This document shows, in pieces, positions 8,444-18,185 of a stretch of DNA of 59,622 bases. The DNA is from Burkholderiales bacterium (GTDB lineage: Bacteria > Pseudomonadota > Gammaproteobacteria > Burkholderiales > Burkholderiaceae_C). The position numbers were made by a program, and so were the translations under genes. Location: positions 1-59,622 of the forward strand of contig JAGWMW010000001.1 of assembly GCA_028871575.1 (NCBI GenBank). The letters are read 5' to 3'. The notes beneath the pieces were generated by a model that was given only the letters and a program-made list of their open reading frames with translations, was not told where the DNA came from and did not search any database. Every line of letters starts with the position of its first letter. Within the stretch, counting starts at the first letter, position 1.

Positions 8444-11400
8444 TCAGAGGTGCATGGCCACTTCCATGAACACGCTGCGGCCGAAGGGGTCGTAGACGCC
8501 GGCCAGCAGGTTGCCGTTGAGCAGCAGCGGGTTGGCGCCGTAGCCGACGATCGGCGGGTTCTTGCCGAACATGTTGTTGATGCCCATGCGGACGTCGACA
8601 TGCCTGAAGTGGTAGGCGGCGCTGAGGTCGAAGTAGTCGTACGAAGGCACGTGCGCATCCACGGCGTAGACCGTCTCGCCGGAGAAGCCGGCATTGGTGC
8701 CCTCGAAGTCCATCGTGCCGATGTGGCGCCAGTTCAGCGAAGCCTCGAACTCGGCGTGCGTCCAGGTGGTGCGCAGGCTGTGGCGCCAGTGCGGGATCGG
8801 CGAGGTCGGCCCGATGTTCGAGCAACTGGGCCCGAACAGGCCGGCGCAGTCGACCACCGGCACCGCCGGGTTGACCGCGATGCGGTTGCTCAGCAGCTTG
8901 CTGCCGTTGAAGGCGAAGCCCAGGCGCTGGCCCGTGCCCAGCGGGAAGGCGTACTGCAGCGCGAAGTCGATGCCGCGCTCGGCCCAGCTGCCGGTGTTGG
9001 CGCGCGTGGCCAGCACCCGGCCGGCGGTCAGCGTGCCGCCGGGGCCGCGCCGCACCAGGTTGCAGAAGATCGGGTTGCCGGTGGCCACGCACTGGGGCAG
9101 CGAGACGCTGGCCGGGATCGAGCCGATGTAGTTGCGGATGTCGATCTGCCAGTAGTCGATGCTCGCCAGCAGCGACGGCGCGCGGCGGAAGTTCGTGAAC
9201 ACCACGCCGGCCGTGACCGACTTGGACCGCTCGGGCGTGAGCGCGTCGTTGCCGCCGGTCACGACATTGATGCCGTTGGCCGTCGGCAGCGTGCCGTACT
9301 GCGCCGCCGGCAGGCCGGTGTTGGCGCAGCCGGCCTGGCTGGCCGTGGGCGCGGGCCCGCTGCAGGGGTCGGCGATGGGCTGCACGTTGGTGGCCTGGCC
9401 CAGGAACAGCTCGTGCCCGTTGGCGGCCCGGATGGCCTGGCTGCGGCCGGCGCGGAACCGCACCTGGTCGATCGGCGCCCACACCGCCCCGAGGTTGTAG
9501 GCATTGGCGCCGCCCTGCGGGTTGTAGCGCGCGTAGCGGTCGGCGAGGTCCAGGCTCAGCTCCTTGGCGTAGGGCCGGTTCTCCACCAGCGGCACCTTGA
9601 GCTCGGCGAAGGCCTCGCGCACGTTGAAGCTGCCGGCCGTCGGCAGCTGGCCGTAGAGCACGTTGCTTGCGTACATCAGGTCGCCGCTGGCCAGCGAATC
9701 GCTGGGCTGGTTGCTCACCGTCTCGCTGCGGTACTCGGTGCCCAGGGCGAGGTCGAGCGAGTCGTCGGCCCAGGGGCTGGTCAGGCCGTAGGCACCGAGG
9801 TCGCCGACCACCTGCGCGCTCACCACCTTCTGCGTGGCGTAGCCCGAGTTGCCGCCGCTGCCCGTGATATAGCCCAGCGCGGCCGGTGTCACGCCGCCGG
9901 CCGACCAGATGTTGTAGGGCACGCAGGTCGGGTCCGAGCCGTCCACCACCGACTGGCAGGTGGGCACGCCGCCCACGCTCACCACGTTGAGCGCATTCGC
10001 GACCCGCGTGATGGAGATGTCGTTGCTGACCTGTTCGTTGGCCGTGACCTTGCCGTAGTTCACCGAGGCGTCGTAGGTCCAGTCGGCATTGAGGTGGCCC
10101 TTGAGCCCGAGCACCACCCGGTACGAGGTGTGGCGGAAGCTGTCGGTCAGCGGCCCGCCCTCGACGTTGCGCCGGCCGATGCCCACCTGCGCGATGCCGG
10201 CCGCGGTCAGGCCGTTCTGGGCGCACAGGATGTTGAACTCGCTGGCCGACAGCAGCGGGTTGCTGCAGGGCACCGCATAGACCTGCGGGCCGATCAGCGA
10301 CGGCGCGGTGCCCGAGGGCTCGTACTGCACCGAGGTGTCGTCGTGCATGTACGTGCCCTCGAAGTAGACCTGGGCATGCGGGTTGAAGGTGTAGTGCGCG
10401 AACAGGCCGGCGATGCTGCGCTTGTCGGGCCGCTGCAGGCTCTCGGGGCGCGAGAAGTTGTAGCCGTCGGCGGCCGGGTCGTAGGGGCGCAGGCCGGTGC
10501 CGCTGGTGTCCAGCGTGTAGGCGCTGCCGTCGGGGTTGACGAACTGGCCGCGCGGCGTGGTGCCGTCGAGCAGGCAGCCGTAGGACGCCCCCTGCTCCTG
10601 CAGCGTGCAGGCGCTGAAGTCGCGGCTCGAGGCCAGGATGCCCGCGCTCTGGCGCAGGCCGGCATAGACCACCACATGCCCGGCGTGGCCGGCGAAGTCG
10701 GTGCCGAAGACGCCGTTGAGGTCGTAGTTCTGGCCGTCGAACACGCCCGAGGTGTTCGGCTCGACACCGCTGGCGCGCGCGATGGCCTGCAGGCCGCCGC
10801 GGTTGTTGCCGTCGTACAGGCCGCCGCCCTGCAGCACGAGCTTGGCACCGGTGTAGCCGGTGTCCATCACGAGGTTGACGACGCCGGCCTCGGCGTCGGA
10901 GCCGTAGATCGACGAGGCGCCGCCGGTGAGCACCTCGACCCGCTTGATCAGGATCTCGGGGATCGTGTGCAGGTCGGCCGACGGGTTGACGGCGTCGCCC
11001 GGGTTGATGCGCCGGCCGTTCATCAGCACCAGGGTGCGGAAGGCGCCGACGCCGCGCAGGTCGACCGTGGCGGTGCCGGTCAGCGGCGTCTGCGCCACGC
11101 CGACGCCGGAGTCGGTCAGCCCTGCATTGGCCTGGGGCAGGCTGATCAGCAGGTCCTCGGTCTTGGTCGTGCCCTGGCGCGAGAGCTCGGAGGCATCGAT
11201 CATCGACACCGGGGCCGGGCTGCTGGCGTTCGGCGTCAGGAAGCGGGTGCCGGTGACGACCAGCACCTGCTCGGCCGTGTCGGGTGCAGGAGTCTTGGTG
11301 GCCTTTGTGGCATTGGCAGCCGAGGCGGCCGAGGCCGCCGGCGCCGCGGCCTGCTGGGCGGCGGCGGTCGAAGGCGCGAGGCCGGCCGCCAGGCTGGCCG

Positions 11401-11518
11401 CGAGGCTCGCGGTGACGGCGGCGACGACGCGAATGCCACCCCTTTTGAAAGCCAGCAATCCCTCGCGGGCCTCGGAGGCGGCCTGCTTCGGGGGCCGCGG
11501 GTCGACGGGTTGGCTCAT
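8444..11518 (-). CDS. TonB-dependent outer membrane receptor
   Basis: TonB box EQVLVVTGTR; plug motifs VDLRGVG...RTLVLMNGRR and RVEVLTGGASSIYGSDA; terminal GINNMFGKNPP...GR; ATG 11518 has a GGGGA SD. Confidence 0.92.
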   Translation of the reverse strand: MSQPVDPRPPKQAASEAREGLLAFKRGGIRVVAAVTASLAASLAAGLAPSTAAAQQAAAPAASAASAANATKATKTPAPDTAEQVLVVTGTRFLTPNASSPAPVSMIDASELSRQGTTKTEDLLISLPQANAGLTDSGVGVAQTPLTGTATVDLRGVGAFRTLVLMNGRRINPGDAVNPSADLHTIPEILIKRVEVLTGGASSIYGSDAEAGVVNLVMDTGYTGAKLVLQGGGLYDGNNRGGLQAIARASGVEPNTSGVFDGQNYDLNGVFGTDFAGHAGHVVVYAGLRQSAGILASSRDFSACTLQEQGASYGCLLDGTTPRGQFVNPDGSAYTLDTSGTGLRPYDPAADGYNFSRPESLQRPDKRSIAGLFAHYTFNPHAQVYFEGTYMHDDTSVQYEPSGTAPSLIGPQVYAVPCSNPLLSASEFNILCAQNGLTAAGIAQVGIGRRNVEGGPLTDSFRHTSYRVVLGLKGHLNADWTYDASVNYGKVTANEQVSNDISITRVANALNVVSVGGVPTCQSVVDGSDPTCVPYNIWSAGGVTPAALGYITGSGGNSGYATQKVVSAQVVGDLGAYGLTSPWADDSLDLALGTEYRSETVSNQPSDSLASGDLMYASNVLYGQLPTAGSFNVREAFAELKVPLVENRPYAKELSLDLADRYARYNPQGGANAYNLGAVWAPIDQVRFRAGRSQAIRAANGHELFLGQATNVQPIADPCSGPAPTASQAGCANTGLPAAQYGTLPTANGINVVTGGNDALTPERSKSVTAGVVFTNFRRAPSLLASIDYWQIDIRNYIGSIPASVSLPQCVATGNPIFCNLVRRGPGGTLTAGRVLATRANTGSWAERGIDFALQYAFPLGTGQRLGFAFNGSKLLSNRIAVNPAVPVVDCAGLFGPSCSNIGPTSPIPHWRHSLRTTWTHAEFEASLNWRHIGTMDFEGTNAGFSGETVYAVDAHVPSYDYFDLSAAYHFRHVDVRMGINNMFGKNPPIVGYGANPLLLNGNLLAGVYDPFGRSVFMEVAMHL

Positions 11519-11599
11519 GCTGCTGTGTCCCCAATCATTGGTGCGCATCGGCGGCTGCCGGCGCTTTGTGGGCCCCCGAGGGGCGTTCTTGGTGGCCGG

Positions 11600-11654
11600 A
11601 AGGTAGGGCCGCAGCCTGTCGGCAACATGAAGAGTTTCTGAAACTTCGTTCAGG
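11600..11654 (-). promoter_or_regulatory. Four-box operator plus -10 for TonB receptor gene
   Basis: CCTGAA-N6-TTCAGA-N5-TTCATG-N5-GACAGG-N9-TACCTT (minus); same geometry at three other promoters. Confidence 0.75.
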
Positions 11655-11754
11655 CAGGCCGCGGCGGCCGCCAGCCCGTGCCGATACAGGTTGCGTTCAG
11701 GTTCCTGGGTCAGAGTCCGACCCTCCGATCCACGCCAACCGAGAGTCCAGAGCC

Positions 11755-12792
11755 ATGAAACGCCGCCCCCTCGTCCTCCTCAGCTGCCTCCTGCTCGCCG
11801 CCTCGGCGGGCCCGGCCGGCGCGGCGCCCCCCGCGCCGTCGGCCGAGCCCCTGAAGCTGATCGGACGCACCGAGCTGCCGGGCTACACCGGCGACTTCGA
11901 CCACCTGGCCGTCGACGAGAAGGCACACCGGCTGCTGATGGCGGCCGAGGACCACGGCTCGCTCGAGGTCTTCGACCTCGACACCGGCGCCCACCTGCGC
12001 ACGCTGTCGACCTTCGACACGCCGCACGGCATCTTCGTCGTGCCCGGCACCGACCGCATCATCGTCACCGACAGCGGCAAGGGCGGCACCCGCGTGCTCG
12101 ACCGCAAGACGCTGGACGTGGTGGGCACGATCAAGCTCGCGCCGGGCGCCGACTCGTCCAGCTACGACCCCTCCACCGGCCGCTACTACATCGTCACCGG
12201 CGGCGGCGATGTCGGCATGAAGGTGTGCTACCTCAACGAGATCGACCCGAAGACGGGCCGGGTGCTGCGCCAGCTGACCGTCGACTCCGACCACACCGAG
12301 GCGATCGCGCCCGAGCAGCACGGCTCCCGGATGTTCGTGAACCTCGCGGACAAGAACGAGGTGGCCGTGATCGACAAGGCCAGCTTCAAGATCATCGCCC
12401 GCTGGCCGGTGGTCGGCGCCCAGGCCAACCTCTCGCTGGCGCTGGACGAGCCGCACCACCGGCTGTTCGTGGTCACGCGCAAGCCCACCAAGATGATCGT
12501 GATGGACTCCGACGACGGCCACCTCGTCGCGACGGTGGACGTGCCGGCCATCGTCGACGGCGTCTTCTTCGACGCGGCGCGCCAGCGCATCTACGTGCCC
12601 GGCGCCGTGGGCGAGGTCGGCGTCTACCAGGAACTCGACCCCGACCACTACCGCGAGCTCGCCCGCGTGCCCAGCGCGCAGGGCGGCAAGTCGGGCCTGT
12701 TCGTGCCGTCGCTGAACCAGCTCTACGTGGCCGCCTCGCCGGGCAAGCGGGTCGGCGGGGCCGTGCTGCGGTTCGCGGTCGAGCCGCAGTGA
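11755..12792 (+). CDS. Secreted YncE-like beta-propeller protein (paralog 1)
   Basis: Signal peptide; repeated propeller blades; GRTELPGYTGDFDHL N-terminal motif shared with 22347-23396. Confidence 0.85.
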   Translation: MKRRPLVLLSCLLLAASAGPAGAAPPAPSAEPLKLIGRTELPGYTGDFDHLAVDEKAHRLLMAAEDHGSLEVFDLDTGAHLRTLSTFDTPHGIFVVPGTDRIIVTDSGKGGTRVLDRKTLDVVGTIKLAPGADSSSYDPSTGRYYIVTGGGDVGMKVCYLNEIDPKTGRVLRQLTVDSDHTEAIAPEQHGSRMFVNLADKNEVAVIDKASFKIIARWPVVGAQANLSLALDEPHHRLFVVTRKPTKMIVMDSDDGHLVATVDVPAIVDGVFFDAARQRIYVPGAVGEVGVYQELDPDHYRELARVPSAQGGKSGLFVPSLNQLYVAASPGKRVGGAVLRFAVEPQ

Positions 12793-12830
12793 GCCCGGGC
12801 CGTCCGCAGGGGCGTGCTACAGTGCCGCGC

Positions 12831-12905
12831 ATGCGTTCGGCCCGTTTCTTCTTTGCGCGTTTTTGGTTCTCGCACCGCTCGGCGGCTGGAGAGGCAAGCG
12901 CATAG
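12831..12905 (+). CDS. Phe/Trp-rich attenuator leader peptide MRSARFFFARFWFSHRSAAGEASA
   Basis: 24 codons with 5 Phe and 1 Trp within 8 residues; extended -10 TGcTACAGT ends 7 nt before ATG; followed by a terminator and aroG. Confidence 0.8.
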   Translation: MRSARFFFARFWFSHRSAAGEASA

Positions 12906-12930
12906 GCAGAAGCAGCGCCCCGCACCCAGG

Positions 12931-12960
12931 AACCGCCGGCCACCCCGGCGGTTTTTTCTT
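12931..12960 (+). terminator. Attenuator terminator upstream of aroG
   Basis: AACCGCCGG-CCACC-CCGGCGGTT stem plus T-tract, ending 27 nt before the aroG ATG. Confidence 0.85.
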
Positions 12961-12987
12961 GCCCGCCACCGTAAGGAGAACCTCGCG

Positions 12988-14112
12988 ATGGGTCCCTCGA
13001 CCGCCCCCCCCGACGACCGTTATGCCTTGAGCGAGAAGACGAGCCGCACCGACGACCAGCGCATCCGCGACGTCACGCCGCTGCCGCCGCCCGAGCACCT
13101 GATCCGCTTCTTCCCGATCGCCGGCACGCCGGTGGAGACGCTGGTGGCCGGCACGCGCGGCGCCATCCGCCGCCTGATGGCGGGCGAGGACGACCGCCTG
13201 CTGGTCATCATCGGCCCCTGCTCGATCCACGACCCCGCGGCGGCGCTGGAGTACGCGCGCCGGCTCAAGGCCCTGCGCGAGCGCCATGCCGGCGACCTCG
13301 AGATCGTGATGCGCGTGTACTTCGAGAAGCCGCGCACCACGGTGGGCTGGAAGGGCCTGATCAACGACCCCTACCTGGACCAGAGCTTTCGCATCCACGA
13401 GGGCCTGCGCATCGCGCGCCAGCTGCTGGTGGACATCAACCGGCTGGGCATGCCCGCGGGCAGCGAGTTCCTCGACGTCATCAGCCCGCAGTACATCGGC
13501 GACCTCATCGCCTGGGGCGCGATCGGCGCCCGCACCACCGAGAGCCAGGTGCACCGCGAGCTGGCCTCGGGCCTGTCGGCGCCGGTGGGCTTCAAGAACG
13601 GCACCGACGGCAACATCAAGATCGCCATCGATGCGATCCAGGCCGCGGCGCGGCCGCACCACTTCCTGAGCGTGCACAAGAACGGGCAGGTGGCCATCGT
13701 CGAGACCACCGGCAACCCCGACTGCCACGTGATCCTGCGCGGCGGCAAGGCGCCCAACTACGACGCCGCCAGCGTGGCCGCGGCCTGCACCGAGATCGAG
13801 GCCGCCGGGCTGCCCTGCCGGCTGATGATCGATGCCAGCCACGCCAACGCCGCCAAGCAGCATCAGCGCCAGATCGAGGTGATGCGCGACGTGGGCGCCC
13901 AACTGGCCGCCGGCAGCCGCTGCATCTTCGGCGTGATGGTCGAGAGCCACCTGCAGGCCGGGGCGCAGAAGTTCACCCCCGGCCGGGACGACCCCGCCGC
14001 GCTCGAGTACGGCCGCAGCATCACCGACGCCTGCCTGGGCTGGGACGACTCGGCCGCGCTGCTGGGCGAGCTGGCGCAGGCGGTGCAGGCGCGGCGGCGC
14101 GGCGCGCGCTGA
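12988..14112 (+). CDS. aroG: 3-deoxy-7-phosphoheptulonate (DAHP) synthase, class I-alpha
   Basis: AAGGAG SD; IIGPCSIHD, RVYFEKPRTTVGWKG, IGARTTESQ, GFKNGT, SITDAC motifs. Confidence 0.96.
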   Translation: MGPSTAPPDDRYALSEKTSRTDDQRIRDVTPLPPPEHLIRFFPIAGTPVETLVAGTRGAIRRLMAGEDDRLLVIIGPCSIHDPAAALEYARRLKALRERHAGDLEIVMRVYFEKPRTTVGWKGLINDPYLDQSFRIHEGLRIARQLLVDINRLGMPAGSEFLDVISPQYIGDLIAWGAIGARTTESQVHRELASGLSAPVGFKNGTDGNIKIAIDAIQAAARPHHFLSVHKNGQVAIVETTGNPDCHVILRGGKAPNYDAASVAAACTEIEAAGLPCRLMIDASHANAAKQHQRQIEVMRDVGAQLAAGSRCIFGVMVESHLQAGAQKFTPGRDDPAALEYGRSITDACLGWDDSAALLGELAQAVQARRRGAR

Positions 14113-14145
14113 GCCGGGCCGCCCGGCCGGGACGGGCCGGCGGAC

Positions 14146-14733
14146 TCAATCGTCGGGATCGGCCTGCGCGCGCGCCAGGCGCTCGCTGCGCCAGTAGACG
14201 TCGTCGCCGCCCAGGCCGTCGAGGTTGGCGCGGTTGAGCACGCGGGCCAGCACGAACAGCAGGTCCGACAGGCGGTTCAGGTACTGCCGCGGCGCCTCGT
14301 GCACCGCCTCCTGCGCGGCCAGCGCCACCAGCGCGCGTTCGGCGCGGCGCGCGACCGTGCGGCTCACGTGCGCCAGCGCGGCGCTGCGCGTGCCGGCCGG
14401 CAGGATGAACTCGGCCAGCCGCGGCAGCTGCGCGTTGTGCTCGGCCAGCGCCCGGTCCAGCCGCGCCACGGCCTCGGCCTTGAGCAGCTCGTAGCCCGGG
14501 ATCGAGAGCTCGCCGCCGAGGTTGAACAGCTCGTGCTGCACCGTCACCAGCAGCTCGCGCACGTCGGCCGGCAGCGGTTCGGCCAGCAGCACGCCCAGGG
14601 TCGAGTTGAGCTCGTCGACCTCGCCCATCGCGTGCACGCGCAGCGCATGCTTGGGCACGCGGCTGCCGTCGCCCAGGCCGGTGCTGCCGTCGTCTCCGGT
14701 GCGGGTGGCGATCTGGGTCAGGCGCTTGCTCAT
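14146..14733 (-). CDS. PduO-type ATP:cob(I)alamin adenosyltransferase
   Basis: TRTGDDGSTGL, GEVDELNS, FILP, RTVARRAER, YLNRLSDLLF motifs. Confidence 0.93.
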   Translation of the reverse strand: MSKRLTQIATRTGDDGSTGLGDGSRVPKHALRVHAMGEVDELNSTLGVLLAEPLPADVRELLVTVQHELFNLGGELSIPGYELLKAEAVARLDRALAEHNAQLPRLAEFILPAGTRSAALAHVSRTVARRAERALVALAAQEAVHEAPRQYLNRLSDLLFVLARVLNRANLDGLGGDDVYWRSERLARAQADPDD

Positions 14734-14850
14734 CGGGGCGGCGGCCGCAGGGCCGGTAGAGAAGGTGCTGCCATTGGACCACCGCCGGCGGCTGGCCTAC
14801 GATGCCTGCGGCGGCCCGCCCGGCCCGCCCGCCTTGCCCGGAGCGTTGCG

Positions 14851-16272
14851 ATGAATGCTGCCCTGCCCCACCCCTTGTCGCCCGAGGCCGCGCCGCGCCC
14901 GGTGCCGCCCGCGATGCTGGCCGCGCTGCGGCAGCGCTTCGGCGCGCGCCTGAGCACGGCCGTCGCGGTGCGCGAGCAGCATGGCCGGGGCGAATCCTTC
15001 TATGCCGCGCTGCCGCCCGAGGCCGTGGTGTACTGCGAGAGCACCGAGGAGGTCGCCGCGGCGGTGGCGCTGGCCGGCGCGCATGCCGTGCCGGTGATCC
15101 CGTTCGGCGTGGGCTCCTCGCTCGAAGGCCATCTGCTGGCCGTGCAGGGCGGCCTGAGCCTCGACCTGGGCCGGATGAACCGCGTCGTGCAGGTCCATGC
15201 CGAGGACCTGACGGCGACGGTGCAGGCCGGCGTCACGCGCGAGCAGCTCAACCGCGAGATCCGCGACCTGGGCCTGTTCTTCCCGATCGACCCCGGCGCC
15301 GACGCCAGTCTGGGCGGCATGGCCGCCACGCGCGCCAGCGGCACGAACGCCGTGCGCTACGGCACCATGCGCGAGAACGTGCTGGGGCTGGAAGTGGTGA
15401 CGGCCGGCGGCGAGGTCGTCCGCACCGGCACCCGCGCCCGCAAGAGCAGCGCCGGCTACGACCTGACGCGCCTGTTCGTGGGCAGCGAGGGCACGCTGGG
15501 CGTGATGACGGAGATCACGCTCAAGCTCTACCCGCTGCCCGAGGCAGTGAGCGCGGCGACCTGCCACTTCCCCAGCATCGCCGCGGCGGTGCAGACCACG
15601 ATCGCGATCATCCAGATGGGCGTGCCGATCGCGCGCTGCGAACTGCTGGACGCCCACGCCATCCGGGCCGTGAACCGGCACTCGAAGCTTTCGCTGCGCG
15701 AGGCGCCGATGCTGCTGATGGAGTTCCACGGCAGCCCGGCCGGCGTGCGCGAGCAGGCCCAGACCGTGCAGGCCATCGCCCGCGAGCAGGGCGGCGAAGA
15801 CTTCGACTGGGCCAGCACGCCCGAGGCGCGCTCGCGGCTGTGGACGGCGCGCCACCAGGCCTATTTCGCGGCGCTGCAGACGCGCCCCGGCTGCCGCTGC
15901 CAGGCCACCGACACCTGCGTGCCGATCTCGCGCCTGGCGCAGAGCATCGACGAATCGATCGCCGAGGCCGAGGCCTCGGGCATCCCCTACTGGATCGTCG
16001 GCCACGTGGGAGACGGCAACTTCCACCTGAGCTACCTGTTCGACCCAGACGACGCGGCCGAGGTCGCCGCCGTGGAGCGGCTGAACCTGCAGATGGTGCA
16101 GCGCGCGCTGCGCCTGGAAGGCACCTGCAGCGGCGAGCACGGCATCGGCCTGCACAAGATGGGCTACCTGCAGGAAGAAGCCGGGCCCGGCGCGATCGAG
16201 ATGATGCGCGGCATCAAGCGGGCGCTGGACCCGCTGAACATCATGAACCCGGGGAAGATCTTCGCCCTGTGA
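14851..16272 (+). CDS. FAD-binding oxidoreductase (D-lactate dehydrogenase/GlcD family)
   Basis: PFGVGSSLEG, FPIDPGA, SSAGYDLT, GHVGDGNFH, SGEHGIG, DPLNIMNPGK. Confidence 0.9.
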   Translation: MNAALPHPLSPEAAPRPVPPAMLAALRQRFGARLSTAVAVREQHGRGESFYAALPPEAVVYCESTEEVAAAVALAGAHAVPVIPFGVGSSLEGHLLAVQGGLSLDLGRMNRVVQVHAEDLTATVQAGVTREQLNREIRDLGLFFPIDPGADASLGGMAATRASGTNAVRYGTMRENVLGLEVVTAGGEVVRTGTRARKSSAGYDLTRLFVGSEGTLGVMTEITLKLYPLPEAVSAATCHFPSIAAAVQTTIAIIQMGVPIARCELLDAHAIRAVNRHSKLSLREAPMLLMEFHGSPAGVREQAQTVQAIAREQGGEDFDWASTPEARSRLWTARHQAYFAALQTRPGCRCQATDTCVPISRLAQSIDESIAEAEASGIPYWIVGHVGDGNFHLSYLFDPDDAAEVAAVERLNLQMVQRALRLEGTCSGEHGIGLHKMGYLQEEAGPGAIEMMRGIKRALDPLNIMNPGKIFAL

Positions 16273-16318
16273 AGGGCGCCGCCCCGAGCGGTGCGCCACC
16301 CCGCCCGGGGGCGCCCAC

Positions 16319-17089
16319 TCAGGCCCGCCGGCGACGCGCCACGGCCGCGCCCAGCAGCGCCACGCCCACCAGCGCCAGCGAGGCCGGCTCGGGCACGGCG
16401 GCGCCGCCGGTGCCCACCACGACGGTGATGTCGGTGCGGGCCAGCGGCACGCCGTCGCCCAGGGCTTCGAGGAAGAACGAGTAGGTGCCGTTGGCGGCCG
16501 GGTTGAAGCCAGGGCCGAACCAGCCCAGGTTCTCCGAGTTCTGCATCAGGTTGTACTGGCCCGCCAGGGAGGCCTGGGTCGTGCCGCCCCCGGCCTTGAC
16601 ACCGCCGCCCCCGAGCGTGCTGTTGTTGCCGAAGGCGTTGTCGCCGATGGCCAGCAGCGGGTTGAAGGCAACGAAGTTGACACCCTGGCTCGGGTCGGTG
16701 TCGAAGCCCAGCAGGTAGGTCAGGGTGCCGATCGTGCGGCCGCCCAGGCCGGCGGGGTCGACGTTGATCGAGAAGTCGAAATTCCAGCCCGCCAGCGTGC
16801 CGCTGCCGCCGAAGCCGCCGGCGGGGAAGGTGTAGGTGCCGGAGCCGTTGCTGTTGAACACGTTCAGCGGCGTGGGGTAGCGCACATGCGCCCGCAGGCC
16901 GAGCTCGATGTTGTTCTGCGTGTCGACGGTCCAGCCGCCATTGGCGTTGCCGCTGCCGTAGATGACGGCATTGGTGACGTTGGCGTCGTAGACCAGGCCC
17001 GCATGGGCGGCCAGGGCGCCACCGGCCAGGGCCGCTGCCACCAGTGCGCGGCGCACGCCGCGGCCGGCCACGAGACTGCGAATGTCCAT
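16319..17089 (-). CDS. PEP-CTERM sorting-domain surface protein
   Basis: GGAGG SD; signal peptide; Gly/Asn-rich body; C-terminal VPEPASLALVGVALLGAAVARRRRA. Confidence 0.92.
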   Translation of the reverse strand: MDIRSLVAGRGVRRALVAAALAGGALAAHAGLVYDANVTNAVIYGSGNANGGWTVDTQNNIELGLRAHVRYPTPLNVFNSNGSGTYTFPAGGFGGSGTLAGWNFDFSINVDPAGLGGRTIGTLTYLLGFDTDPSQGVNFVAFNPLLAIGDNAFGNNSTLGGGGVKAGGGTTQASLAGQYNLMQNSENLGWFGPGFNPAANGTYSFFLEALGDGVPLARTDITVVVGTGGAAVPEPASLALVGVALLGAAVARRRRA

Positions 17090-17309
17090 CTCCACCTCCC
17101 CGTTGACTGCTAGGCGCCACGGGGCACCACCTGACGGACATCCTAACGGCCGAGCGGTGGCGTCAGGGGCGAGGCCCACCCCGGAACCGCGGGGGTTTCG
17201 GGCGGCTGATGTGTGAAGCCGGATGACCAAGGTGTCGGCGAAGTGAAGCGGCGGTGAGCCGACGGGCGGCGAGGCCGCCGTGACGCCACCGCGACCCCGG
17301 GCCGGCGCT

Positions 17310-18185
17310 TCAGGCCGCGCCGTCGTGCATCGGCGCCGGGCGCCACTTGGCCAGCCGGTTCTCCACCCGCGTCATCAGGGACTCGGCCAGCAGGGCCACG
17401 ACCATGATGATCACGATGGCGGCGTACATGCCGGCGGCGTCGAACGAGCCCTTGGCGACGTTGATCAGCAGCCCGATGCCATAGCGCGCGCCGACGAACT
17501 CGCCGACGATGGCGCCCACGATCGCGAAGCCGAAGCTGATGTGCAAGGAGGCGAAGATCCAGCTCATCGCCGAGGGGATGACCACCGTGCGCGTGAGCTG
17601 CCAGCCGCGCGCGCCCAGGATCTGCGCGTTGGCCAGCAGGTTGCGGTCGGCCTCGCGCACGCCCTGGAAGGCGTTGGAGAAGACGACGAAGAACACCATC
17701 ACGAACGACAGCGCCACCTTGGAAGTGAGGCCGAGGCCGAAGATCATGATGAAGATCGGCGCCAGCACCACGCGCGGAATCGAGTTGATGACCTTGATGT
17801 AGACCGAGAACACGTCGGCCAGCATGCGGTTGCGGCCCAGCGCCACGCCGGCGACGATGCCGCCGATGGAGCCGCTGACGAAGCCCAGCACCGACTCCTC
17901 CATCGTCACCCACAGGTGGTACCACAGCGGACCCTCGGACGTGCCGTCGACGATCCAGGTCTGCAGCCGCGCCAGGATGGCGCTGGGGCGCGAGTAGAAG
18001 AACTCGTCGATCACGTGCGCGCGCGACAGCAGCTCCCAGCTGCCCAGGAACAGCACCAGGATCAGCCAGCGCCAGAACTGCACGGTGCGCCGGCGCCGCT
18101 GCGCGCTGCGGGCGGCGGCGGCCTCCATGGCCTGCAGGCTCGTGCCGGCGGCGGCCTCGACGGCCAGGTCGGGGCTGGCGATCAT
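17310..18185 (-). CDS. NitT/TauT family ABC transporter permease
   Basis: Multiple TM segments, EAA-like loop ANAQILGA, GAIVGEF; ATGA overlap with ATPase stop. Confidence 0.9.
   Translation of the reverse strand: MIASPDLAVEAAAGTSLQAMEAAAARSAQRRRRTVQFWRWLILVLFLGSWELLSRAHVIDEFFYSRPSAILARLQTWIVDGTSEGPLWYHLWVTMEESVLGFVSGSIGGIVAGVALGRNRMLADVFSVYIKVINSIPRVVLAPIFIMIFGLGLTSKVALSFVMVFFVVFSNAFQGVREADRNLLANAQILGARGWQLTRTVVIPSAMSWIFASLHISFGFAIVGAIVGEFVGARYGIGLLINVAKGSFDAAGMYAAIVIIMVVALLAESLMTRVENRLAKWRPAPMHDGAA

Noticed and set aside
11637-11654. TCS operator palindromes as additional lux boxes (same CTG-N10-CAG span)
   Set aside because: Inner bases differ (TTCAG versus ACAG arms), and the boxes continue as 11-bp direct repeats typical of OmpR-family sites; cross-talk is unsupported
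17090-17280. Riboswitch or sigma54 promoter upstream of the first PEP-CTERM gene
   Set aside because: No convincing TGGCAC-N5-TTGC match or recognisable aptamer; a sigma70-like TAGGAT -10 suffices
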